64,000 nt of DNA from contig JAEYXS010000078.1 in assembly GCA_023431185.1 (NCBI GenBank), positions 43-64,042 on the forward strand, written 5' to 3'. This document shows positions 31,368 through 41,700 of the stretch, in pieces (the stretch's first letter is position 1; every line of letters begins with the position of its first letter). Position numbers and translations under genes: made by a program. The notes beneath the pieces were generated by a model that was not told the origin of the DNA, did no database searches, and was given only the letters and a program-made list of their open reading frames with translations. This DNA comes from Verrucomicrobiota bacterium. Lineage in GTDB: Bacteria > Verrucomicrobiota > Verrucomicrobiia > Limisphaerales > JAEYXS01.

Positions 31368-33905
31368 GTGCGCTCCCATCAGGCAAAGGCGGCAAGAGCC
31401 AGCAGTACATTCAGTTCCCAGACGGGTGCGGTTTGCCTCGTGCTGGCGGTCGCCGTGGCACCTTTGTTGTTCGGCTGCGTTACCACCGAGGCGCAGGGTG
31501 TGCTTGGCATCTTGCTCGGGCTTTCCTTGTGGTTCACTTCCCGTGAATGGCGGCAAACGACGCCTCTGCTCCCGCGTTGGTTGCTGGTGGTGTTCTTTAC
31601 TGGAGTGAGCATCAGTCTGCTTCCGCTGCCGCCGGGATTGCTCAAACTGCTGTCTCCTGCCCGGGCGGATCTCGCGGCCCGGTTTCCTCTGCAAACGGAT
31701 TTTTCTTCCTGGTCCACGATCACTTTCTCGCCGGCCCTGACGTTGCGCTGGCTCTGGCAGTTCGTGCTTTTGCTGGTGGCCTTTTCGCTCATGCGGCAAT
31801 TAGTGCGCCGCCCTCGGGCCGTGTTGTGGCTGATCATCGCCCTGGGGTTGGGCATCATCGGTCAGATCGGAGCGGAGCTTTATTACCAGGGGGTGGAGGA
31901 GAAAATGATTCTCGGGCTCTGGCCGGTGCGTTGGGGGAACAGTGCCGGCACGTTCGCGAACCGGAATCATTTCGCGGGCTGGCTGATGATGGCTGCACTG
32001 GTGTTGTCCGCCTTGTCCATCCGCTTTCTCAAGCCGTTACGTTCCTGTCGTCCGTCGGAGCTGGAGTTGCCAATACGCAGACCGTGGCTTGCCTGGTGTA
32101 TGCTCGCGATGGCCGGGGCGGCGATGGGATTCGCCTTGATGAGCGGTTCGCGCAGTGGACTGCTGGCTTTGCTGCTGGGCGGTTTGATGCTGGTCCTGGG
32201 GCTCAAGCAGCACTCTGCCAGCCGTCGCCGGGGTTTCGTACTGCTGACATTGGCGCTGCTGTTAATGCTGGCGGCCTTGCCTTTTGCCGGGCATACGCTG
32301 GACCGGTTGAGCAAAACCAAGGATGAGACCTCGGCCAGTTATGCCAAGTGGCGGTTGTGGGAGGATGCGGCGCGGACCTTTGCCAAGTTTCCGCTGACGG
32401 GTACGGGGCCGGGAACATTTGTCCGGAGCAACATTCTCTACAAATCGACGGGTGGTGAAAGCACGGCCTGGCATGCGGAGAATGACGTATTGCAATGGCT
32501 TTCCGAGGCGGGCCTTTGGGGGTTGGTGGTGTTGGCAGGCTGCGGGGGCGCTTTCTGGTGCAAGGTGGGGCGCTGGTTTTGGCGGCAGGATTGGAAGTCC
32601 GCCGAGCCGGAGTTGGCCCTGGGGGCGTTTGCCGGATTAGTCGCGATCATGACACACTCGCTGTTCGATTTTCCCTGGCAGGTGATGGCGAATGCCTTGC
32701 TGGGGGCGGTGATGCTGGGCGTGATCGTGGGTTTGCGAGACGCTAGTGAGCCCGCTGCCCAATACAAGCTGGCGAGCAGAAAGCATGGCTGGTCGCTGGC
32801 GGCAGGTGGTTTGCTGATGGTGATCTTGGGCGTGCTCCCGGTGCTGAGTTTCCAGCAGTATCGGCAGGCGCAGCAGAAGGAAAAGGATTCTGAATGGGCA
32901 TTTAAGCACGCGTTCAGTTCGGTGATGCTGTATCCTTTGAATACTGAGCGCTCCATTCTGTGGTTGCGATTACAGGTCAAGAGCTGGCAGGGCAACTTAA
33001 ATGCCAGCAATTATGCGGATGATACCCGGGCCTTGCTTACCTCGTATTTGCGGGTTGATCCTTTGAACTGGGAACTCCGTCTGGAAAGGGCATGGCTGGA
33101 CATCGCTTTCATGAAGGACCGGCGGAAAGCTTTGCAGGAAGCAGTGATGGTCACAGGGCTGAATCCCAAGCAGGCGATGATCCCCTTGCGCTTTGCGGCG
33201 GTGCTGGCGGATCGCGATCCGGAAAAAGCGTGGGATTTTCTGCTGGCGGCGGATGTCACGCAGGAGCGTTTGTTGCGTGAGCGGCTGGAGATCGGGTGGC
33301 AGCTCCGCGCCGATGCCACGGAGCTTTGGTCCCTGGTGCCGGCGACGGACAATGGCTATCTCGCGCTGGCGGAGTTTGCCTTCTCCAAGAAGCTGCCTGT
33401 GCTGGCGCTGCGGGCCTATGAAAAGATGCGCTTGCCGCCACCGGCCGTGAAGCGGGCGGAGAATTTCATGGCGGCCCGGCGGTTGGACCTGGCATTGCAG
33501 GTGTTGCCGGAAATACCGGGAACGGCGCCGGAACGGCTCATGCTCGCGAGGGTTTACGGACAACTGGGCGATGCACCCCGCTGCCTGCGACTGCTGGAGC
33601 CGTTGTTCCAAGGAAAGGCCGATTGGCAGCAAGCCACGCGTCTGGACAGTTCAAGTGAAGCTTTGCTGCGGGTCTGGAAGAGCGGAGATCGCAGTGTGCG
33701 ACTGGCCTTGCAGGTGGCCGAGGTGGTGATGGAGGAAGCGCCGGACAAGCGTGACGTGGGGTTGCTCCAGCAGCTTTACGGGACATATCCCGAGGAGAAG
33801 CGTTTGCTGTGGCTGAACTACCGCACGCGGCTGGACCGGCATGAATTCCGGGAGGCCGCCCAGTTGGCCATCGCGCTGGCGGAGAAGCTCGCACAGGAGA
33901 AGTGA
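31368..33905 (+). CDS. O-antigen ligase/polymerase-like (Wzy_C) polytopic membrane protein with a C-terminal TPR-like domain
   Basis: GTG start. About 12 hydrophobic segments. 'LMSGSRSGLLALLLGG' Wzy_C-type loop. Helical-repeat C-terminus. Confidence 0.8.
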   Translation: MRSHQAKAARASSTFSSQTGAVCLVLAVAVAPLLFGCVTTEAQGVLGILLGLSLWFTSREWRQTTPLLPRWLLVVFFTGVSISLLPLPPGLLKLLSPARADLAARFPLQTDFSSWSTITFSPALTLRWLWQFVLLLVAFSLMRQLVRRPRAVLWLIIALGLGIIGQIGAELYYQGVEEKMILGLWPVRWGNSAGTFANRNHFAGWLMMAALVLSALSIRFLKPLRSCRPSELELPIRRPWLAWCMLAMAGAAMGFALMSGSRSGLLALLLGGLMLVLGLKQHSASRRRGFVLLTLALLLMLAALPFAGHTLDRLSKTKDETSASYAKWRLWEDAARTFAKFPLTGTGPGTFVRSNILYKSTGGESTAWHAENDVLQWLSEAGLWGLVVLAGCGGAFWCKVGRWFWRQDWKSAEPELALGAFAGLVAIMTHSLFDFPWQVMANALLGAVMLGVIVGLRDASEPAAQYKLASRKHGWSLAAGGLLMVILGVLPVLSFQQYRQAQQKEKDSEWAFKHAFSSVMLYPLNTERSILWLRLQVKSWQGNLNASNYADDTRALLTSYLRVDPLNWELRLERAWLDIAFMKDRRKALQEAVMVTGLNPKQAMIPLRFAAVLADRDPEKAWDFLLAADVTQERLLRERLEIGWQLRADATELWSLVPATDNGYLALAEFAFSKKLPVLALRAYEKMRLPPPAVKRAENFMAARRLDLALQVLPEIPGTAPERLMLARVYGQLGDAPRCLRLLEPLFQGKADWQQATRLDSSSEALLRVWKSGDRSVRLALQVAEVVMEEAPDKRDVGLLQQLYGTYPEEKRLLWLNYRTRLDRHEFREAAQLAIALAEKLAQEK

Positions 33906-33942
33906 GGGCCAAACCGTTGAAGCTTCTCTCACGAAGCAAAGG

Positions 33943-35295
33943 TCAGGCGGCGATGCGGGCGAGTGCCTTCCCGATGCGGTCCAGCACACGGTCTTTGCCG
34001 AGGACTTCCATCAGGTGATAGAGGCTCGGGCCGACGGCGCTGCCAGTGACGGCCACGCGCACCGGGGCGACCAACGCGCCGACTTTCACGCCGGTTTCCG
34101 TCGCAGTCGACTTGAAGGCGGTCTGGATGGCGTCGGAATTGAACGTGCTGATGGCGTTCAGAGCGTCGCGGAGTTTTTCCACACGCGGTTTGTTTTCCGG
34201 GATGAAGTGTTTCGTGGCGGCTTCCTGGTCGCAGGGATAGTCGTCGCTGAAATAGAACTTCGCGGTGAGCGGCGTGTCGATGAGTTGCTGCTGCTTCTCG
34301 CGATAGGTGGCGAGGGCGCCGGTGATGTAAGCTTCGGAGAACGCGCTGGTATCGATGCCGGCCTTGTGGAGTTCGCGCAGGCAGAGGGCGTTCCATTGGG
34401 GGATGGGCGCGGTCTTCAGATATTCGGCGTTCATCCACTGCATCTTCACCATGTCGAAGCGGGCGTTGCTGCGGAGAATACCGGGCAGGTCGAAGCGTTC
34501 GATGATCTGCTGGATGGGCATGACCTGGCTGCCGTCCTTCGGCGACCAGCCGAGGAGACAGAGGTAGTTCACCACGGCTTCCGGCATGTAGAAGCCGTCC
34601 ATGTAGGTCTGCATGGAAGCGCCGGTGTCGCGCTTGCTCATCTTGGAGCCATCGTTGTTCAGGATGAGCGGGATGTGGGCGTATTTCGGGGCTTCGACAC
34701 CGAAGGCGCGGAAGAGGGCGATGTGCTTGGCGGTATTGCTCAGGTGATCTTCGCCGCGGATGACATGCGTGATGTTCATCAGCAGGTCATCCACCACATT
34801 CACAAAATGGAACACGGGCTGGCCATCGGAACGGAAGATGACGAAGTCGGGTTCGATCTCTTCGCGATCAGTCAAAGCACGGGAGACATCGCCGACGACG
34901 AGATCGGGGATTAGGATGGGATCGCGCGTCATGCGGAAGCGGATGGCCCCGTCCTTTTCATAGGCCAGATCCTTCTTCAGCAGAATTTCGACGTGCTGGC
35001 GATAGATGTCGGCGCGTTGGGACTGGAAGTAGGGGCCTTTATCGCCTTTGGATGCCTTGAAATCGGTGCTGGAAACCGGACCTTCATCCCAGTCGAGGCC
35101 GAGCCATTTAAGGCCGTTGAAGATGACGTCGATGGCGGCCTGGCTATTGCGGGCGGTGTCGGTGTCCTCGATGCGCAGCACGAAGGTGCCGCCAGTGTGG
35201 CGGGCATAGAGCCAGTTGAACAAGGCGGTGCGGGCACCCCCGATGTGGAGGTAGCCGGTAGGACTGGGCGCAAAACGGACACGGACGTTGCTCAT
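33943..35295 (-). CDS. gltX: Glutamyl-tRNA synthetase
   Basis: 'RFAPSPTGYLHIGGARTALFN' (HIGH motif) and 'KMSKR' (KMSKS motif). ATG at 35295 (the ORF extends to 35337). Confidence 0.95.
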   Translation of the reverse strand: MSNVRVRFAPSPTGYLHIGGARTALFNWLYARHTGGTFVLRIEDTDTARNSQAAIDVIFNGLKWLGLDWDEGPVSSTDFKASKGDKGPYFQSQRADIYRQHVEILLKKDLAYEKDGAIRFRMTRDPILIPDLVVGDVSRALTDREEIEPDFVIFRSDGQPVFHFVNVVDDLLMNITHVIRGEDHLSNTAKHIALFRAFGVEAPKYAHIPLILNNDGSKMSKRDTGASMQTYMDGFYMPEAVVNYLCLLGWSPKDGSQVMPIQQIIERFDLPGILRSNARFDMVKMQWMNAEYLKTAPIPQWNALCLRELHKAGIDTSAFSEAYITGALATYREKQQQLIDTPLTAKFYFSDDYPCDQEAATKHFIPENKPRVEKLRDALNAISTFNSDAIQTAFKSTATETGVKVGALVAPVRVAVTGSAVGPSLYHLMEVLGKDRVLDRIGKALARIAA

Positions 35296-35556
35296 GATCT
35301 TCTTCTGCTTAAAATTGATCTGCCTCAAACCCGTCACCGAGTCAAAAGCAGGTCACACAGCAAAACGGATGGGGGAGGAGGCGTCAAGACAAGGGGAGAG
35401 GAGGGAAGGGCGAGGTGTGCTGCACAAATCCATAGCCGACGGAGCTGGCATTACAAGCAGCGCGGGATTTTGGAGCCAGTTACGGCTTGCCAGCGGGGGC
35501 GGATGGTGGTCCTTTTAAGGCAGAACCAAAATCCAACTCGCCAACAAGGAGTCATC

Positions 35557-36378
35557 ATGAAATTCAAATCACTTACTGTCGCCGTATTGTTATCCGCCAG
35601 TCTCGTGGGCCGGGATGTCCAGGCGGCGGATGCCCAGACGGAAGTCAAAGCCATCATCACCCAGATCCAGACGAAGCTGAAAGCGGGTGAAAAGACGGAA
35701 GCGCAATTGGCCGGTGAGATGAAGGCGTTTGATGAACTCGTCGCCAGATACAAGACGAGCGCCCCGGAGGATGCGGCCCAGGCAAGTTTCATGAAGGCGT
35801 TGCTGTATCTGCAGATCTTTGAGGAGACGGAAAAGGCCACGGCGATGTTCACACAGGTGCAGAAGGATTTCCCCGAGACCAAGATGGGCAAACAGGTGCC
35901 ACAGGTGCTGGAGTCCATCAAGAAGATGGCGGCATCGCAGGCTGCCCAGGCGGCATTGAAAGTGGGGGCGGTATTCCCGGACTTCAAAGAGACGGACCTG
36001 AACGGCAAGCCGCTCTCCATTTCCGGGCTTAAGGGCAAGGTGGTGCTGGTGGATTTCTGGGCGACGTGGTGTGGACCGTGCATCGGCGAGCTGCCGCATG
36101 TGAAGAAGGCCTACGAGAAGTATCACAAGGACGGCTTTGAAATCGTGGGCATCAGCCTGGACAGCGACAAGGCGAAGCTGACGAGCTTCCTTGCGAAGGA
36201 GAACATGACCTGGCCGCAATACTTCGACGGCAAGGGCTGGCAGAACAAGGTCTCGACCAGCTACGGCATCAACTCAATCCCGGCGACGTTCCTGCTGGAC
36301 AAGGAAGGCAAGATCCTGGCGAAGGGCTTGCGCGGGGATGCGCTGGAGCGTGAAGTGGCGAAGGCGCTGGGGAAGTAA
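35557..36378 (+). CDS. TlpA-like periplasmic thiol:disulfide oxidoreductase with an N-terminal helical domain
   Basis: AAGGAG RBS 5 nt upstream of ATG 35557. Signal 'MKFKSLTVAVLLSASLVG'. 'VLVDFWATWCGPCIGELP'. Confidence 0.85.
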   Translation: MKFKSLTVAVLLSASLVGRDVQAADAQTEVKAIITQIQTKLKAGEKTEAQLAGEMKAFDELVARYKTSAPEDAAQASFMKALLYLQIFEETEKATAMFTQVQKDFPETKMGKQVPQVLESIKKMAASQAAQAALKVGAVFPDFKETDLNGKPLSISGLKGKVVLVDFWATWCGPCIGELPHVKKAYEKYHKDGFEIVGISLDSDKAKLTSFLAKENMTWPQYFDGKGWQNKVSTSYGINSIPATFLLDKEGKILAKGLRGDALEREVAKALGK

Positions 36379-36401
36379 GACTGACCGGCTGATGCGTTCT
36401 G

Positions 36402-36446
36402 GAACACGCGGAAGGGTTAAGAGCCTTTTCGCGTGTTCTGTTTTTC
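36402..36446 (+). terminator. Terminator hairpin overlapping the stop of convergent panE
   Basis: GAACACGCG...CGCGTGTTC stem, extendable with G-U pairs, followed by TGTTTTTCC. Confidence 0.55.
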
Positions 36447-37397
36447 CAAGACTTCGAGAATGCTGCACAACCGGGCGAGGCGCGGTGCCTCTGAGCCGGC
36501 TTTTTGCGCGCGGCGGAGCGGTTCCAGAAACATCGTTTCCAGCTCCAACGGCAATCCGTTCTGGAAATCGAGGAGCGTGGAGGGTTTGTAGGCACCCATC
36601 TCGGAAGTGTTCTTGATCATCTTGTCAGCCAGTTCAAAGGCGACGTCGTGGCCTTGGGCGCGGGCGGCGGTGATGACTTCGAGCATCAGTTCACGCACGA
36701 GGGCGTGCCAGTGCGGGTCGGCGAGGAGGAGGTCGGTGGTGAGGCAGTTGGAGTTTTCAGTTTTCAGTTCCAAGTTTTCAGTGGAAAAGGCTTCGAGGCC
36801 GGAGGCGCTGGCGACGCCTAATCCATTGAAGGGGATGTTCCAGACGAGTTTTTCCCAGCGGGCTTTGGCCAGGGAATCGGAGACGACGCAAGGGACGCCG
36901 GAGTGTCGGATGGCACTGGCGATGTCGTGGGTACGGGGCTCAGGCCAGCGGTTGAACTCACCCATGACGATCTTACCGTGGGCTTGGTGATCGATGACGC
37001 CGGGTTCAATCCGGTTCAGGCAGACGAAACAGAGGCCACCGAGAATCTGTTCGGGCGGAAAGATCTGCGCGAGGGACTCCTCGTTTCCTAGGCCGTTTTG
37101 CAAGGTGAGGATGGCGGTTTGAGGGCCGACTAAAGGTGGAAGCAGTTTGGCGAACTGGTCGTTGGCGGTGGTTTTCAGGCCGATGAGCACGACATCCACA
37201 GCGCCGATCTCTTCGGGGGTGCGGGCGCACTTGGGGTTCACATGGAAGTCGCCCTCGGCGCTAACGATACGTACGCCTTTGCGCCGGACGATCTCGTAGT
37301 CCGAGCGGAGGAGGAAATGGACTTCATGGCCGTCGCGGCAGAGCTTGGCCCCGTAATAGCTGCCGAGCGCGCCGCAACCGACGACTGCGAACTTCAT
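36417..37397 (-). CDS. panE: 2-dehydropantoate 2-reductase (ApbA/PanE family)
   Basis: 'MKFAVVGCGALGSYYG' Rossmann start at ATG 37397, plus an ApbA C-terminal domain. A small insert 'STENLELKTENSN' is present. Confidence 0.8.
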   Translation of the reverse strand: MKFAVVGCGALGSYYGAKLCRDGHEVHFLLRSDYEIVRRKGVRIVSAEGDFHVNPKCARTPEEIGAVDVVLIGLKTTANDQFAKLLPPLVGPQTAILTLQNGLGNEESLAQIFPPEQILGGLCFVCLNRIEPGVIDHQAHGKIVMGEFNRWPEPRTHDIASAIRHSGVPCVVSDSLAKARWEKLVWNIPFNGLGVASASGLEAFSTENLELKTENSNCLTTDLLLADPHWHALVRELMLEVITAARAQGHDVAFELADKMIKNTSEMGAYKPSTLLDFQNGLPLELETMFLEPLRRAQKAGSEAPRLARLCSILEVLEKQNTRKGS

Positions 37398-37416
37398 GGG
37401 ATTCAAGTAAGGCAAG

Positions 37417-37514
37417 AAGGGGGAAAGAGCAACCACAGATGGACACAGATCAACACCGATGGGGAAGGGGGATTGAGCAAGTTCAAAGCTTAAAAATCAA
37501 AGTTCAAAAGCTGG
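37417..37514 (+). repeat. Intergenic repeat element, copy A
   Basis: 'AAGGGGGAA...CCACAGATGGACACAGATCAACACCGATGG...AAAATCAAAGTTCAAAAGCTGG' is alignable by eye to 38041..38120. Confidence 0.6.
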
Positions 37515-37973
37515 TCACTTGGGGTTGGTGAGGACCAGGTTTTCCCAGCCTACGCGTTTGATGCGGTTTATGCGGGTCTGCTTGGGGTCATCAGGGTCCT
37601 GGATTTTCACGCCTTCGCAATCTTCCTTGAAGACTTCACCGGTCAGGCCGTAGGCATCCAGCAGGAAGGAGTCGCCGCCTTTGCTTTCACCGGGCTTGAG
37701 TTTGATGTTGAAGCTGGTCTTCTTGGTCTTGCCATTGGTAAGGGTGGCCACGACCGAGCCTTTCACCTCCACGGGGTTGGCGGAGATGTTTTTGATCTGC
37801 ATGGCAAAGGACTGGGAGCCGAGGGTGGAGTATTTGTGCGCGAAGAGGCGCAACCGCAGTTTTTCCGATGGTTGCGTGGTCACCGGTAACTCAGTAACGA
37901 GGGGGTTCGGTTTCTTTTGGGCGAACCCGGTCAGGGTGAACAGGGCCAGGGCGAGGCAGAGCAAGGTTTTCAT
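37515..37973 (-). CDS. Small secreted hypothetical protein (152 aa)
   Basis: ATG 37973 gives the signal 'MKTLLCLALALFTLTGFAQ'. The longer ORF to 38081 runs into repeat copy B. I recognise no domain. Confidence 0.6.
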   Translation of the reverse strand: MKTLLCLALALFTLTGFAQKKPNPLVTELPVTTQPSEKLRLRLFAHKYSTLGSQSFAMQIKNISANPVEVKGSVVATLTNGKTKKTSFNIKLKPGESKGGDSFLLDAYGLTGEVFKEDCEGVKIQDPDDPKQTRINRIKRVGWENLVLTNPK

Positions 37974-38040
37974 AAGGATGAGGTGACCTGCCTGTTTTGT
38001 ATGCAGTCGGCAACGTTGAGTCACGGTCAATCTATTATCG

Positions 38041-38120
38041 GAAGGGGGAATTTGTTTGGCCACGGATGAAACACGGATCACACAGATGGAAAAACCAAAA
38101 ATTCAAAGTTCCAGCTCCAG
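38041..38120 (+). repeat. Intergenic repeat element, copy B
   Basis: 'AAGGGGGAA...CCACGGATGAAACACGGATCACACAGATGG...AAAATTCAAAGTTCCAGCTCC', same orientation as copy A. Confidence 0.6.
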
Positions 38121-38775
38121 AGAAACCGTAAAATGACAATGGGGACATAGGTTTTTGAATCTTCCCCGAGAATAGTGCGGAATAGCGAGGCTAGGGCTAA
38201 CGGCGTCCCATGATGAATGGTATTGTGGAGCATGAATAAGAGATGGAACAGAAGAGAACAGGGGACGGCGGCGAAGGAATCATCTGGCGGTCCTTTTTTT
38301 GAAATTTTTTGCCGATGTAGCCGATATAGCCGATGGAAGGCTGACGGGATGATGAAAGGAGGGATACAAAGGGGGCATGAAGCCGAACTGGATAGAAAGA
38401 GAAAGGAGCAGATCGAGAAACAAGGCCGACCGGGTTTTTCAAGAGGCGGCGGGGAAGGCCTCGGCAAGTGCTCAAAGCAGTCTCTCCCTGCCGTGTCGGG
38501 GGCGACAGGATAATACATTGCTTGGGCAATTCTTGTGTATGGCGGGCTGGTGTGAGTGTGGTAGAAATTACGTTCAGACCCTGTTTGTTGCCAGCCATGG
38601 GCGTGCTGTGGGCGTGGGAAAACGGTGTGAACGTGAAATTTTGTGTGGATGTAGTGAGATGTAGTGAGATGTAACGGTGGGAAACAGGTCTGGAATGGTC
38701 CATATTGTAGCGTGCTGGGCGATCCAGCGAGGCGGTGAAGAGCCGCCAGAAAAAACGAATTTGAGAGGCAAGCGT

Positions 38776-41700
38776 ATGAAGTGGAGCCAAGAGTTGAGCA
38801 AACGGATGGCGTTGATCGCGGTGCTGGTGGCGGCGGGGGCCACGGCGCAGGCGGCGGAAGCGCGGAAGGGCGCGGTGGAGTTCAACCGCGATATCCGGCC
38901 GCTGCTCTCGGAATATTGCACGGCCTGCCACGGGCCGGATACGGCGGCGCGCAAGGCTGATATGCGGCTGGATACCAAGGCCGGGCTCTTCAAGGAAACC
39001 AAGAGCGAGGGACCGGTGGTGAAGCCGGGCAATCCCAAGGATAGCGCCCTCTGGCAACGCATGATCACCACGGATGAGGATGACGTGATGCCGCCGAAGA
39101 AATCCAACAAGGTGATGAAGCCGGAGGAAAAAGAACTCATCCGGCAGTGGATTCAGGCAGGCGCGCCGTGGCAGGATCATTGGGCCTTCATCGCGCCGGA
39201 ACGGCCGGAAGCGCCGAAGGTGAAGAATACCAAGTGGGTGAAGAATCCGATCGATGCCTTTGTGCTGGCGAAGCTGGACGAGAAGGGGCTGAAACCGGCG
39301 GACGAAGCGGACAAACGGACCTTGGCGCGCCGGGTGACGCTGGATCTAACGGGCTTGCCGCCGACGCCGGATGAGGTGGAAGCGTTCGTGAAGGACAAGT
39401 CCAAGGATGCGTACGAGAAACTGGTGGCGCGGTTGCTGGAATCCCCGGCTTATGGCGAACACCGGGCGCGTTACTGGCTGGATGCGGCGCGGTATGCGGA
39501 TACCCATGGTCTTCACTTCGACAATTATCGCGAGATGTGGCCGTATCGCGACTGGGTCATCAAGGCGTTCAACCAGAACATGCCGTTCGACCAGTTCACC
39601 ATCGAGCAGATCGCGGGCGACCTGCTGGAGAATCCGACGCAGGACCAGCAGGTGGCGACGGGTTTTCATCGTTGCAACATGACGACGAACGAGGGGGGAA
39701 CCATCGTGGAAGAGAATCTGGCGAATTATGCGAATGACCGGGTCTCCACGACCTCCTGGGTGTGGCTGGGACTGACGGCGAATTGCGCGGCGTGCCATGA
39801 CCATAAGTTCGACCCGGTGACGATGAAGGATTTTTACGCGATGGCGGCGTTTTTCCGGAACACACAGCAGGGCGGGCTGGATGGGAATGTGAAGGACTCG
39901 AATCCGAGCATCACGGTGATCGACGATCCAAAAGATTATGCGCGCTGGCTGGAATTGCCCAAGGCGATCGAGGCGGCGAAGAAAAATGTGGAAGCGAAGC
40001 GCAAGGAGGCGGAGCCGCAGTTCGCCAAATGGGTGGGCGGATTGAAGGCGGAAGACATCCAGCGGGAACTGTCCGCCAAGGACATCGCATTCCACGCGGA
40101 TCTGGATGACGGGAACACGAATGAAGTCACAGCGGTGGTGCTGGGCAAGGAGCAGAAGTTCCAGCCGAAGGGCAGCCTGGAGCTGGCGCCGGAGGGACGA
40201 CCGACGCGCGGCATCGCCTTGAAGAAAGGCGTGACGGTGGAGTTTCCGGAGGCAGGTGACTTTGATCACAAGCAGGCGTTCTCGTATGGCGCGTGGGTGT
40301 TCATCCCGAAGGATTACAACGAGACGGCGGCGATCTTCTCGCGGATGGATGAGAAGGATAATTATCGTGGGTGGGACTTGTGGATACAGCAGGGGCAGTT
40401 CGCCACGCACATCGTGAGCCAATGGCCGGACAACGCGATCAAGCTGAAGACGACCAAGCGGGTGGCGAAGAAGGGGCGGTGGCAGCACCTGTTCGTGAGT
40501 TATGACGGTTCCGGCAAACCGGAGGGGATCAAGATCTTCGTGGATGGCGAGGCGCAAGCGTTGGAGACAGAAAACGGAAAAGGCATCACGGGGTCCATCC
40601 GCACGAAGGTCCCGTTCAAACTGGCGCAACGCAGCGGTGGGGCGCATCTGGACGGGCTGGGGTTGCAGGATGTGCGGCTGTATGCGCGGGAGCTAAATCC
40701 GGCGGAGGTCAGTGCGCTGGCGAATTTTTCGACGCTGCAAAAGCTGCTGGCCACACCGGTGGAGAAGTGGAAGCCGGAACAGAAGAAACCGATCTTTGAT
40801 TATTATCTGGCGACGAAATCGGAGCCGTTCAAGGCAGCGCAAATGGCGCAGGCGAACCTGGAGAAGGAGCGCGAGGGCATCCGCCTCAAGTATCCCGTGA
40901 CACATGTGCAGATGGAGAAGAAGGACATGATGCCGGTGGCGAACATCCTTTTCCGCGGGCAATATGACCAGCCGCGCGACAAGGTGGAGGCGGCGCCGTT
41001 CGGATTCTTGAATGCGCTGCCGGAAGGTGCGCCGAAGAACCGGCTGGGTCTGGCGAAATGGCTGGTGGCCAAGGAAAATCCGCTGACGGCGCGCGTGACG
41101 GTGAACCGCTTCTGGCAGGAGCTTTTTGGCACAGGTCTGGTGAAAACGACGGAAGATCTGGGAGTGGTGGGCGAGTTGCCGGTGAACCAGGAATTGCTGG
41201 ATTGGCTGGCGGTGGAGTTCCAAGCGAGCGGCTGGGATGTGAAGAAGCTCTTCACGCTCATGGTGACCTCTTCCGCCTACCGGCAGAGCGCTCAGACCAC
41301 ACCGCAAAAGCTGGAGCGCGATCCGGCGAACCGTTACCTGAGCCGCGGGCCGCGCTTCCGCATGGATGCGGAGATGGTGCGGGATTACGCGCTGGCGACG
41401 AGCGGGCTGCTGGCGAAGAAAGTTGGCGGACCGAGTGTTAAACCTTATCAGCCGCCGGGGGTGTGGGAGGCGGTGGCGATGCCGGAGAGCAACACGCGCA
41501 ATTACAAACGCGACAGCGGCGAAGCATTGTATCGCCGGAGCATGTACACCTTTTGGAAACGCGCGGCACCACCGGCGACGATGGATGTCTTCAACGCGCC
41601 GAGTCGCGAGGTGTCTTGCACGCGTCGTGAGCGGACGAACACGCCATTGCAAGCTTTGGCGACGATGAATGATCCGCAATTTGTGGAAGCGGCGAGGAAG

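Noticed and set aside
28920-31799. 959-aa ORF on the minus strand.
   Set aside because: It is exactly antisense to the Wzc-like and O-antigen-ligase-like genes. It is Arg/Gly/His/Gln-rich and low in complexity, with no recognisable motifs. This is the typical GC-rich antisense artefact.
34993-35556. N-terminal 188-aa extension of the TlpA-like ORF. Analogous extensions lie at 49569..49883, 46285..46506, 45641..45736 and 25122..25169.
   Set aside because: These extensions overlap neighbouring genes or begin at non-ATG codons. The internal ATGs give proper signal peptides, and for 35557 a proper RBS.
36753-36781. Three GTTTTCAG repeats inside panE, encoding 'TENLELKTEN'.
   Set aside because: This is a small in-frame slippage-type insert in a surface loop region of an ordinary enzyme, with no evidence of function.
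38197-39180. 327-aa minus-strand ORF spanning the long spacer and running into the DUF1553 gene.
   Set aside because: It is Arg/Pro/His-rich and overlaps the confidently called plus-strand gene from 38776. Part of it simply translates the micro-repeats ('IGYIGYIG').
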